Positions 44,082 to 53,198 of a DNA stretch of 64,000 nt are shown in pieces; the first letter of the stretch is position 1, and every line of letters begins with the position of its first letter. The notes below the pieces were generated by a model. That model ran no database searches. It worked only from the letters and a program-made list of their open reading frames with translations, and was not told the DNA's origin. A program made the position numbers and the translations under genes. The stretch spans positions 2,121 through 66,120 of the forward strand of contig JAJBVE010000120.1 of NCBI GenBank assembly GCA_020859995.1, given 5' to 3'. This DNA comes from Clostridiales bacterium (GTDB taxonomy: Bacteria > Bacillota > Clostridia > Lachnospirales > Lachnospiraceae).

Positions 44082-45323
44082 ATGAAAAGAAAAAATTATT
44101 TACTGGCAATGGCGTGTGTCTGCGCGCTGGCTCTTGGCACATCCGGGATGGCTGTGATGGCAGAGGATGAGACGGAGACTGAATTCGACGAGTCGGAGCT
44201 GGTCGCTGCGGAGATTTCAACGACAGACGAGACGGAGGATGAAACGGCTGATGCGGAAGAGGCTGCGGACGATGAGGCAGAGGAAGAGTCCGAGGCGGAG
44301 ACGGAAGCAGAGCGTCCGACCTACGTGGCGCTGGATTACGTGGTTCTTGGCGAATACAAAGGAATTGTTGTGCAGATGGAAGAGCTTGCCGGGATAACGG
44401 ATGAAGATGTCCTCGCGGAGGCGGAAGATCTGATCAGCTATTCAGACGCAGTAGAATGGGTAACGGAAGGCACGGTGCAGGATGGAGATACCGTGGATAT
44501 TACTTATGTCGGTACGATGGACGGAGAAGAGTTTGACGGAGGCTCCGGCGACTATGAGCTTGAGATCGGATCTGACAGCTTTATCGATGGGTTCGAGGAT
44601 GGCCTGATCGGCGTGGAGGTCGGTGAGACCGTAGATCTTGATCTGACTTTCCCGGAGGATTATTATTATACGGATCTGGCAGGTCAGGATGTGGTATTTA
44701 CAGTTACGGTCAATTCCCTGATGAGCGTACCGGAGCTTTCGGATGATGTGGTCAATACCGCGACAGAGGGAGAATACACGGATGTGGATTCCTATCTGGA
44801 ATACATCCGCAGCTATCTGGAGGAGGATGCCCAGACCGAGTGGGATGATGAAGTGCTGAGCGCCATTTATGAGCAGCTGGCGGCGACTTCTGAGATCACG
44901 GAGTACCCGCAGGATCTGCTGGACTACAGCGTGAATGAATGGGTAGACTACTACGAGTATTATGCTTCGATTTTCTCGATGGAGCTGGAAGACATGGTTG
45001 AGACGTATTATGGCCTTACTATGGAAGAGTTTACGGAGGAGCTGGAGGCTGCTGTACAGCAGACGGTGCAGCAGGAGCTTTTGCTGATGGCAGTGGCGGA
45101 GACCGAAGAGATGGAGATTTCCGAAGAGGAGTACCAGGAAGGTCTGGAGCGGTACGCGGAATATTATGGATTTGAATCCGCAGACGAAGTGGCAACCTAT
45201 TACACCGAGGAGGAGCTGAACCGCTATTTCCTGATGGACAAGGTCTACGATTTCCTGAAAGAGAACGCAGTGATCGAGATTCTTTATGAGACTGAGACCG
45301 AGACGGAATCTGAGGCTGAGTAA
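44082..45323 (+). CDS. Secreted trigger-factor-like FKBP-type peptidyl-prolyl isomerase
   Basis: Signal peptide MKRKNYLLAMACVCALALGTSGMAVMA. FKBP/trigger-factor PPIase core GDTVDITYVGTMDGEEFDGGSGDYELEIGSDSFIDGFEDGLIGVEVGE. Trigger-factor C-terminal-like helical region. ETETE tracts at both ends. Confidence 0.7.
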   Translation: MKRKNYLLAMACVCALALGTSGMAVMAEDETETEFDESELVAAEISTTDETEDETADAEEAADDEAEEESEAETEAERPTYVALDYVVLGEYKGIVVQMEELAGITDEDVLAEAEDLISYSDAVEWVTEGTVQDGDTVDITYVGTMDGEEFDGGSGDYELEIGSDSFIDGFEDGLIGVEVGETVDLDLTFPEDYYYTDLAGQDVVFTVTVNSLMSVPELSDDVVNTATEGEYTDVDSYLEYIRSYLEEDAQTEWDDEVLSAIYEQLAATSEITEYPQDLLDYSVNEWVDYYEYYASIFSMELEDMVETYYGLTMEEFTEELEAAVQQTVQQELLLMAVAETEEMEISEEEYQEGLERYAEYYGFESADEVATYYTEEELNRYFLMDKVYDFLKENAVIEILYETETETESEAE

Positions 45324-45381
45324 TGGTTGGCTTCTGCCAGTGGCGCGGGCCTCATCATAATGCCCCGGCGATTCGCATAGA

Positions 45382-46230
45382 ATGGCAATAAAATGGTTTC
45401 GGGGCAGAGGCATGATTTTAAAAAACGGAAAGTTTCCCTGGAAAAAGGCGGCGGTGGCAGTTTTGTTTATCGCCGCGTTTTTTGCAGGACGGCTGGCGGC
45501 ATCTCTGCGGGATAAGAATTCACAGGAGAGCCTTCCGGTATCCACGGAGGGCAGCTGGGGGCTGAGTTTTCAGGAGGAAGGGGAGCCGCCGGTGGCAAAT
45601 GCCACGAAGGAAGAGCTGGCAGTTTATGACGCATATTACGCGGCCGACACAGAGGAAAAGGTTCTTTATCTGACCTTTGACTGTGGGTATGAGAATGGGA
45701 ACACACCGGCGATTCTGGAAGCATTGAAGAAGCACGGGGTATCTGCGACTTTTTTTGTGGTGGGCAATTTTGTGCAGGATAATCCGGAACTGGTAGTTCA
45801 GATGCTGGAGGAGGGACACACGGTGGGCAATCACACGGCGCATCATCCGGATATGTCGGCAATTGCGGACCTGGAGTCGTTTCAGGCGGAGATTGAGGGG
45901 CTGGAGGAGCTTTTTTACGAGGCGACCGGGCAGGAGATTACGAAATACTACCGCCCGCCGCAGGGGAAGTACAGTGAAAGAAATCTGTCGATGGCGCAGT
46001 CTTTGGGCTATAAGACCTTTTTCTGGAGCCTCGCGTATGTGGACTGGTATCAGGACGACCAGCCGACCGAGGAGGAAGCCTATGAAAAGCTGCTTGGCAG
46101 AATTCATCCAGGAGCGATCGTGCTGCTGCACAATACTTCTTCGACCAATGCGGCGATCCTTGATGAGCTGCTGACCAGGTGGGAGGAGATGGGATACCGC
46201 TTTGGAAAGCTGGAGGAGCTGTATGCCTGA
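45382..46230 (+). CDS. Polysaccharide deacetylase (NodB domain, PdaA-like)
   Basis: LYLTFDCGYENGNT, ATFFVVGNF, GHTVGNHTAHHPDM, and an N-terminal TM. The start could be the ATG at 45412. Confidence 0.85.
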   Translation: MAIKWFRGRGMILKNGKFPWKKAAVAVLFIAAFFAGRLAASLRDKNSQESLPVSTEGSWGLSFQEEGEPPVANATKEELAVYDAYYAADTEEKVLYLTFDCGYENGNTPAILEALKKHGVSATFFVVGNFVQDNPELVVQMLEEGHTVGNHTAHHPDMSAIADLESFQAEIEGLEELFYEATGQEITKYYRPPQGKYSERNLSMAQSLGYKTFFWSLAYVDWYQDDQPTEEEAYEKLLGRIHPGAIVLLHNTSSTNAAILDELLTRWEEMGYRFGKLEELYA

Positions 46231-46327
46231 GAAATTGTCTGAGCCTTCCTGAAGAGGCAAGAATGATATTCAGGCGTAAATTTGGCCAGTGCCTGAGTGA
46301 AGGCTAAGTAAGAAAAGAGGAATACGC

Positions 46328-47899
46328 GTGGGAACCTATTTGCTGGATCAGTTAACAAAATACGCTGCGTCGGACGCCTACCCGCTGCATATGCCGGGTC
46401 ACAAGCGGCAGATGCATTCATTTGAAGACGCGTTTTCGATCGACATCACGGAGATCGAGGGCTTTGACAATCTGCACCACGCACAGGGGATTCTTTTGGA
46501 GGCGGAGCGGCGTGCGGCCAGACTTTATGGGGCGGATGAGACATATTATCTGGTAAATGGGAGCACCTGCGGTGTCCTGGCGGCGATTACCGCGTCTGTG
46601 CGGCGCGGCGGCAGGATCCTGATGGCGCGCAACAGCCACAAGGCGGCATTTCATGCGGCGCTTCTGAATGATCTGCAGGTGAACTGGCTTTATCCGGAAA
46701 TCGATCTGGAGCGCGGCATGTACGGAAGTATCCGGCCGCAGCAGGTGCGTGACGCGCTGAGGGCGTGTGGAGACGGCTGGCGCAGAACGGCTGACGCAGC
46801 TGAAGAGAAAGAACGCATCGCGGTCGTTTTCATTACCTCCCCGACCTATGACGGCGTGGTTTCCGATATTCGCGCCATCGCCAGAGAGGCACATGAGGCT
46901 GGCGCGATTCTGATCGTGGATGAGGCGCACGGCGCGCATTTTGCCATGCATTCCTGTTTCCCGGAGTCAGCCCTGCCCTGCGGCGCGGATATTGTGATTA
47001 ACAGCCTGCACAAGACCATGCCTTCCCTGACTCAGACGGCGCTGCTCCATGTGAAGGGAGAGCGGGCAGACCGGGAAAGGCTGCGGAAATATCTGGATGT
47101 CTACCAGAGCAGCAGCCCCAGCTATGTTCTGATGGCCGGAATGGATGAGTGTGTGCGGCTGATGGAAGCGCGCGGACGGGAATTATTTGACGCGTTTGCC
47201 GGACGGCTGGAAAGGCTGCGGATGCGCCTGGGGCAGCTGCGGCTGCTGCGCCTTGTGACAGGAGATGAGCCGGAACTGGCCGCGTACGCGTACGATAAAT
47301 CAAAGATTCTGATATCGACAGAGCGGGTAAAAACAGAAAACGGACGAATGACCGGTTCCGCGCTTGCGCAGATTCTGCGGGAGTGTTATCATCTGGAAGT
47401 AGAGATGGCTGCGGAAACCTATATTACAGCGATTATGACCGTTGCGGATACGCAGGAAGGCTACGACCGTCTGGCGGCGGCTCTGTTTGAAATCGACGGA
47501 CGGCTGGATGAGATTGCGCAAATAGAGCCCGTATCTGGTTCTGAGTGCAATGAAGCCGGCGGTGATACAGGGCAGACCTATTCAAAAACAATGAGGATGG
47601 AAGCGCAGCCAAAAGTTTCCGGATGTGTTGGCGTACTGCCATTTCCGGAAACCGCGATGACGATGACCAGGGCGGATGACATGCCGCGCGAATCTGTTTC
47701 GCTGGAGGATACCCCGGGACGGATTGCGGCGGAGTTTGTCTATCTGTATCCGCCGGGAATTCCGATTTTGGTGCCGGGAGAGCGCGTCCCGGAGCAATTT
47801 CCAGAGCTGCTGGATGGATACCGGCAGGCGGGGCTGCAGGTGCAGGGCATGGAGGATTATTCGGCCTGCACGCTGCGCTGCGTGGCAGAGGATGTATAG
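46328..47899 (+). CDS. PLP-dependent Orn/Lys/Arg decarboxylase family protein (YaaO-like)
   Basis: YPLHMPGHK, GSTCG and NSLHKT (PLP lysine). GTG start follows RBS aagagga. Confidence 0.8.
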   Translation: MGTYLLDQLTKYAASDAYPLHMPGHKRQMHSFEDAFSIDITEIEGFDNLHHAQGILLEAERRAARLYGADETYYLVNGSTCGVLAAITASVRRGGRILMARNSHKAAFHAALLNDLQVNWLYPEIDLERGMYGSIRPQQVRDALRACGDGWRRTADAAEEKERIAVVFITSPTYDGVVSDIRAIAREAHEAGAILIVDEAHGAHFAMHSCFPESALPCGADIVINSLHKTMPSLTQTALLHVKGERADRERLRKYLDVYQSSSPSYVLMAGMDECVRLMEARGRELFDAFAGRLERLRMRLGQLRLLRLVTGDEPELAAYAYDKSKILISTERVKTENGRMTGSALAQILRECYHLEVEMAAETYITAIMTVADTQEGYDRLAAALFEIDGRLDEIAQIEPVSGSECNEAGGDTGQTYSKTMRMEAQPKVSGCVGVLPFPETAMTMTRADDMPRESVSLEDTPGRIAAEFVYLYPPGIPILVPGERVPEQFPELLDGYRQAGLQVQGMEDYSACTLRCVAEDV

Positions 47900-48111
47900 A
47901 CGCGGTTCCATGCGTCACCCAAAGGCAGGAAATACAGCAGCCGTCCGTCTTTGAAAAAGATGGTTCAGGGATCGCAAGGCAGCGCTTCCCCAAAGGGACA
48001 GCCCGCAGGCTGCGCAGCGGCAGCTTTCAAAAACGAAGACTGCGACTGATTCGGATTTACAGGAAGAAAATGAGAAATACAGACGGCCTCTGAAAGTGGA
48101 GGCACTCAGAC

Positions 48112-48717
48112 ATGAGGACAGGAAATATGGGGAAACTTTTTTATATTATGGGAAAAAGCGCGACGGGGAAGGACACGCTCTATGAAGAGCTTTTATCCAG
48201 GCAGGAGCTGGCGCTCTGTCCGCTCATTATGTACACGACCAGGCCGATACGGGCAAAGGAGACCGATGGTGTACAATATCATTTTGTGACAGCAGAGACT
48301 CTGGAGCAGATGCGCCAGGCCGGAAAGGTGATTGAGCAGCGCGCTTATGATACCGTACAGGGGATCTGGTATTATTTTACTGCGGATGGCGACGAGGTGG
48401 ATCTGGAGCGTCACAGCTATCTGGGATTGGGAACCCTCGTCTCCTACGAGAAAATCCGGGATTATTACGGCAAGGATCGTGTCGTGCCGCTATACATTGA
48501 AGTGGAAGACCGGCTGCGCCTGGAGCGTTCCATGAAACGGGAAGGAAAGCAGGCTGTTCCTGACTATTCGGAAATGTGCCGCAGATATCTGGCGGATCAG
48601 GAGGATTTTTCCGAGGAAAACATCGCACGTGCCGGGATCACAAAGCGATTTTCCAACAATCAGGACAGGGAAATCTGTATGGACGAGGTGGCTGCGTATA
48701 TCCGCTCGATGCTGTAA
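48112..48717 (+). CDS. Guanylate-kinase-family protein
   Basis: P-loop GKSATGKDT and YTTRPIRAKETDGVQYHFV. The ATG at 48127 is an alternative start. Confidence 0.7.
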   Translation: MRTGNMGKLFYIMGKSATGKDTLYEELLSRQELALCPLIMYTTRPIRAKETDGVQYHFVTAETLEQMRQAGKVIEQRAYDTVQGIWYYFTADGDEVDLERHSYLGLGTLVSYEKIRDYYGKDRVVPLYIEVEDRLRLERSMKREGKQAVPDYSEMCRRYLADQEDFSEENIARAGITKRFSNNQDREICMDEVAAYIRSML

Positions 48718-48795
48718 GGAGCTGTTTCAAAATAAATTACGCGTTTTGCGCCGCCTGGCGTGCGAATCGCAGGTCATAAAAGCCTTGACACAGCC
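48715..48795 (+). repeat. Copy of the ~80-bp dispersed intergenic repeat family
   Basis: taaggagctgtttcaaaataaattacgcgttttgcgccgcctggcgtgcgaatcgcaggtcataaaagccttgacacagcc aligns with 57980-58060. It starts on the stop codon of the preceding gene. Confidence 0.8.
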
Positions 48796-49047
48796 CCAAA
48801 ATAAAGCGAGAGAAATTACAAAAAACCAGATACAGATTCAGAGAAATGTGTTATACTTATTTAACGTTTATGGTTACTATACGCTTACGATAATAATGGG
48901 AAACAATGTAATACCGATGATGCCCAACACAGATAGAGGCAGCAAACACAGATAAAGGCAGAAGGAACTGTTACAACACAGCAAAACATGTGCAGGATGC
49001 GCAGTGCTGGTTGTTTTGCGGCAGGTGCTATACAGTGGAGGATATAG

Positions 49048-50127
49048 ATGGCTGGGTTTGAGGATATTCTGGGACATAAAAAGGAAGTGGCACACCTGGA
49101 GAGAGCGATTCGCTCCGGTAAGGTAAGCCATGCCTATATATTCAGCGGCGAAAAAGGAACGGGCAAAAATATGCTCGCGAAAGCATTCGCCCAGACCTTG
49201 CAGTGCGAGCGTGTTTACGAGCGTTTTGCTCCGGCCCGTCAGGGGGCTTATTATGGAGGGTCGGCAGACAGCGCGGCGCCGGATGCCATCCTGGGGGATG
49301 TTACTCCCTGTGGGAAATGTCATTCCTGCATCCAGGCAGCGAGCGGCAACCATCCGGATATCATTTTTTTACAGCATGAGAAGCCGGCCACCATTACAGT
49401 AGGCGATGTGCGGGAACAGCTGGTTGGCGACGCGCAGATCCGCCCATACAACGGCAGATATAAGATCTACATCATTTCCGATGCGGAGAAGATGAACCCG
49501 CAGGCGCAGAACGCGATCCTGAAGACCATCGAGGAGCCGCCGGAATATGTCATTATCCTTTTGCTGACCGCAAATGAAAATGCCCTGCTGGATACAATCC
49601 GTTCCCGGTGCGTGACGCTGAGTCTGAAGCCGGTGCCGGACGAGGTCGTCAAGGCTTATCTGATGGAACAGATCCAGATTCCGGACTATCAGGCCGACAT
49701 CTGCGCGGCTTTCGCGCAGGGGAATATCGGAAAGGCAGTGCGCCTGGCCTCTTCGGATGATTTCAACGCGATCAAAAATTCCGCGATGAAGCTCATCCGC
49801 AACGCGGGCGAGATGGAGATCAGCGCGATTGTGGAGTATGTAAAAGAGGTTCAGGAGTACAAGATTTCTATTGGAGACTATCTGGACATTCTCGCGCTCT
49901 GGTACCGGGACATGGTTTATTATAAAGCGACGAAAGACATCGACGGCCTGGTGTTTAAGGACGAGCTCCGCACGATTCGTGAGACGGTGCGGAGGTGCTC
50001 CTATGAAGGAGCGGAGGAAGTCATGAAGGCGATTGAGACGGCAAAGACCCGTTTGGCCGCGAATGTCAATTTTGACCTGACGATGGAGCTGTTGTTCCTG
50101 GTCATTAAGGAAAACATTCACAGCTGA
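49048..50127 (+). CDS. holB: DNA polymerase III subunit delta'
   Basis: HAYIFSGEKGTGK, the zinc module CGKCHSC, and conserved position upstream of ricT. Confidence 0.85.
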   Translation: MAGFEDILGHKKEVAHLERAIRSGKVSHAYIFSGEKGTGKNMLAKAFAQTLQCERVYERFAPARQGAYYGGSADSAAPDAILGDVTPCGKCHSCIQAASGNHPDIIFLQHEKPATITVGDVREQLVGDAQIRPYNGRYKIYIISDAEKMNPQAQNAILKTIEEPPEYVIILLLTANENALLDTIRSRCVTLSLKPVPDEVVKAYLMEQIQIPDYQADICAAFAQGNIGKAVRLASSDDFNAIKNSAMKLIRNAGEMEISAIVEYVKEVQEYKISIGDYLDILALWYRDMVYYKATKDIDGLVFKDELRTIRETVRRCSYEGAEEVMKAIETAKTRLAANVNFDLTMELLFLVIKENIHS

Positions 50128-50152
50128 AATGGGAATAAGTGAGGAAACATAT

Positions 50153-51148
50153 ATGGTGAAAATAATCGGCGTCCGCTTCAGGGACGCAGGCAAGGTTTAT
50201 TACTTTGATCCAAAATCATTCGAGATCAGCGCGGGGGGACATGTGATTGTGGAGACTTCCCGTGGAGTAGAATATGGCACGGCAGTCGGCGGTGTGCGCG
50301 AGGTGGCTGATGACAAGGTGGTACAGCCGCTCAAAGAGGTCATCCGCATAGCGACTGAGGAGGACGACGCGCGGGCGCAGCGCAATCGTGAAAGGGAAAA
50401 GGAGGCCATGCGCCTTTGCCGTGAAAAGATTCAGAAACACGGCCTGGAGATGAAGCTGATTGACGCGGAATATACCTTTGACAATAGCAAGATTCTATTT
50501 TACTTTACCGCTGACGGGCGGATCGACTTCCGTGAGCTGGTCAAAGATCTGGCCAGCGTGTTCCGCACCCGGATCGAGCTGCGGCAGGTCGGCGTGCGCG
50601 ATGAAACCAGACTTTTAGGAGGCATTGGCATCTGCGGCCGCGAGCTTTGCTGCCATTCCTTTTTACCGGAGTTTGAGCCAGTCTCTATCCGTATGGCGAA
50701 GGAACAGAACCTTTCCCTGAATCCGACTAAAATTTCCGGCATCTGCGGAAGGCTGATGTGCTGTCTGAAAAATGAGGAGGATACTTACGAATACCTCAAC
50801 AGCCGCCTGCCGGGCCAGGGAGACACCGTCACTACGGCGGATGGCCGCAAGGGCGTTGTGCAGAATGTCAATGTCCTGCGCCAGCGCGTGAAGGTGATCT
50901 TCGAAGAGGGCGAAGAGAAAGAGCTGGAGGAGTTTGACGTGGCCGATTTGCAGTTCCATCCGCGCCGCCGGCGTGAAAAACCTCAGAAAAACAGCCATAA
51001 AAATAAAGACAAAGGAAATGGAAATGCCCGTAACCATGCGCCTGAGGCGGAGACTGAGGAGGAAAAGGAGCTCCGTGAGCTGGAGGCTCTGGATCACAAA
51101 GACAGTAAGTCAGGATCAGAAGGGAAGCCGAGACCGCGCAGGAATTGA
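50153..51148 (+). CDS. ricT: PSP1 domain protein / regulatory iron-sulfur protein RicT (YaaT)
   Basis: VGVRFRDAGKVYYFDP, the Cys cluster GICGRELCCHSF...GICGRLMCCL, and a basic C-terminal tail. Confidence 0.85.
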   Translation: MVKIIGVRFRDAGKVYYFDPKSFEISAGGHVIVETSRGVEYGTAVGGVREVADDKVVQPLKEVIRIATEEDDARAQRNREREKEAMRLCREKIQKHGLEMKLIDAEYTFDNSKILFYFTADGRIDFRELVKDLASVFRTRIELRQVGVRDETRLLGGIGICGRELCCHSFLPEFEPVSIRMAKEQNLSLNPTKISGICGRLMCCLKNEEDTYEYLNSRLPGQGDTVTTADGRKGVVQNVNVLRQRVKVIFEEGEEKELEEFDVADLQFHPRRRREKPQKNSHKNKDKGNGNARNHAPEAETEEEKELRELEALDHKDSKSGSEGKPRPRRN

Positions 51149-51327
51149 CCTCCTTTTATGAAATAATCTGCTTATTCCACAAAGAGCCTTCCGGAGCCTG
51201 TTAGCAGGCAAATATATCTTATTGTAAAGCATGGTGTTTTGCATGCCTGCGCGGAAATAATGGGTTTTGAGAAGTCCTGTATTTATGAAAAGCGTTTTAT
51301 GAAAAGCGTAGAAGGAAAAATACTCTC

Positions 51328-52065
51328 ATGAAAATCGAGATGAAAGAAGGCGAACACATTGATGATCTGCAGCGCAGCGGACTGCGGATCATACAGAGTG
51401 ATCATTTATTCCGTTTTGGAATGGACGCGGTATTGCTCTCCGGTTTTGCCCAGGTGCGCGAGGGCGGTACGGCACTGGATCTGGGGACCGGCACGGGGAT
51501 CATCCCGCTGCTGCTTTCCGCGAAGACTCCGGGCCGGCATTTTACCGGGCTGGAGATTTCCGGGCGGAGCGCGGACATGGCGCGGCGCAGCGTCCTGCTG
51601 AACGATCTGAGTGAGAAAATCGAAGTGGTCAGAGGAGATATTCGAGAGGCCGATGCCCTGTTCGCACCGGCTTCTTTTGATACCATCACTTCCAATCCGC
51701 CCTATCTGCAGGGCAGCCATGGTCTGTTAAATCAGGATCCGGAAAAAGCGGCGGCCCGCCATGAGACGCTGTGTACGCTGGAGGACGTGGTCCGCGCTGC
51801 CGGAAGGCTTTTGATTCCGGGCGGGCATTTTTATATGGTACATCGGCCATTTCGGCTGGCGGAGATGATCCGCGATCTGTCCCAGTACGGCCTGGAGCCG
51901 AAGCGGATGCGCTTCGTCTATCCTTATATCGACCGGGAGCCGAATATGGTGCTTATTGAGGCTGTGCGTGGCGGGCGCCCCCGGATGACGGTGGAAAAAC
52001 CGCTGATCGTGTACGACAGTCCGGGTGTGTATAATCACGAGATTACGGAAATTTACGGGTACTAA
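51328..52065 (+). CDS. tRNA (adenine-N6)-methyltransferase, YabB/TrmN6-like
   Basis: SAM motif LDLGTGTGIIPL, catalytic SNPPY, and the position of B. subtilis yabB. Confidence 0.75.
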   Translation: MKIEMKEGEHIDDLQRSGLRIIQSDHLFRFGMDAVLLSGFAQVREGGTALDLGTGTGIIPLLLSAKTPGRHFTGLEISGRSADMARRSVLLNDLSEKIEVVRGDIREADALFAPASFDTITSNPPYLQGSHGLLNQDPEKAAARHETLCTLEDVVRAAGRLLIPGGHFYMVHRPFRLAEMIRDLSQYGLEPKRMRFVYPYIDREPNMVLIEAVRGGRPRMTVEKPLIVYDSPGVYNHEITEIYGY

Positions 52066-52238
52066 ATTTATGGGCGCTAAAGCAAAAGACTATATGTTAT
52101 TCGCGCTGCAGCGGTATAGAGAATATCAACGGAAATGAAAGATAATTTTTAAAATATAAGGCTGCCGGATACAGGACAGTGCTTTGGATAAACAGCGAGG
52201 ATTGACCTGATGGACGAAAAAACGCAGAGCGCTGTCCT

Positions 52239-53147
52239 GTGAGCGAGTATCGGAGGATGACAATATATATTATGGAAGAAACGAAACAGGAAATATCTCA
52301 CATTGAAGGGCGGCCGGGGCGCCTCTATCTCTGCGCGACCCCGATTGGCAATCTGGAGGACATCACGCTGCGCGTGCTCCGCACACTGAAGGAGGTCGAT
52401 CTGATCGCCGCGGAGGATACGCGGGGCAGCATCAAGCTGCTGAACCATTTTGACATCCACACGCCGATGACGAGCTATCATGAATATAACCGCATTGAAA
52501 AAGCATATACATTAATTGCAAAAATGCAGTCCGGCCTGAATGTCGCGCTGATCACGGACGCCGGGACACCGGGCATTTCCGACCCGGGGGAGGATCTGGT
52601 GCGGCTATGCATGGAGGCCGGCATTGAGGTGACCTCCCTGCCGGGCGCGTGCGCCTGCGTGACCGCGCTGACCATCTCTGGACTGCCGACAAGGCGATTT
52701 TGCTTCGAAGCTTTTCTGCCGTCTGATAAAAAAGAACGCCGCGAAATCCTGGAGGAGCTGCAGACAGAGACGCGCACGATCATCGTCTATGAAGCCCCGC
52801 ATCGGCTGGTCCGCACACTGTCAGAGCTGTGCGAGGCACTCGGCGACCGCCGTGCATCCGTCTGCCGGGAGCTGACCAAAAAGCATGAGACTGTTTTTGC
52901 GACCACGCTTGAGAAAGCCTGCCGTTGGTATCAGGAAAATGAGCCGCGCGGCGAATGCGTGATCGTGATCGAAGGACGCAGCCGCAAGGACCTGGAACGT
53001 GAGGAGCAGCGTTCCTGGGAAACTTTAAGCATTCCGGAGCATGTCGCGCTGTATGAGTCGCAGGGAATGGACCGCAAGGACGCGATGAAGCAGGCCGCGA
53101 AGGACCGCGGGCTGTCGAAGCGCGAGGTGTATGCAGCTTTGCTGTAA
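52239..53147 (+). CDS. rsmI: 16S rRNA (cytidine1402-2'-O)-methyltransferase
   Basis: LYLCATPIGNLEDITLRVLRTL..DLIAAEDTR and TDAGTPGISDPG. The start is ambiguous (GTG 52239, ATG 52257 or ATG 52272). Confidence 0.9.
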   Translation: MSEYRRMTIYIMEETKQEISHIEGRPGRLYLCATPIGNLEDITLRVLRTLKEVDLIAAEDTRGSIKLLNHFDIHTPMTSYHEYNRIEKAYTLIAKMQSGLNVALITDAGTPGISDPGEDLVRLCMEAGIEVTSLPGACACVTALTISGLPTRRFCFEAFLPSDKKERREILEELQTETRTIIVYEAPHRLVRTLSELCEALGDRRASVCRELTKKHETVFATTLEKACRWYQENEPRGECVIVIEGRSRKDLEREEQRSWETLSIPEHVALYESQGMDRKDAMKQAAKDRGLSKREVYAALL

Positions 53148-53198
53148 AGAGATTGAGGATGCAGAAAATCCATTGGTAAAAAATGGGTAGTTCACTAA

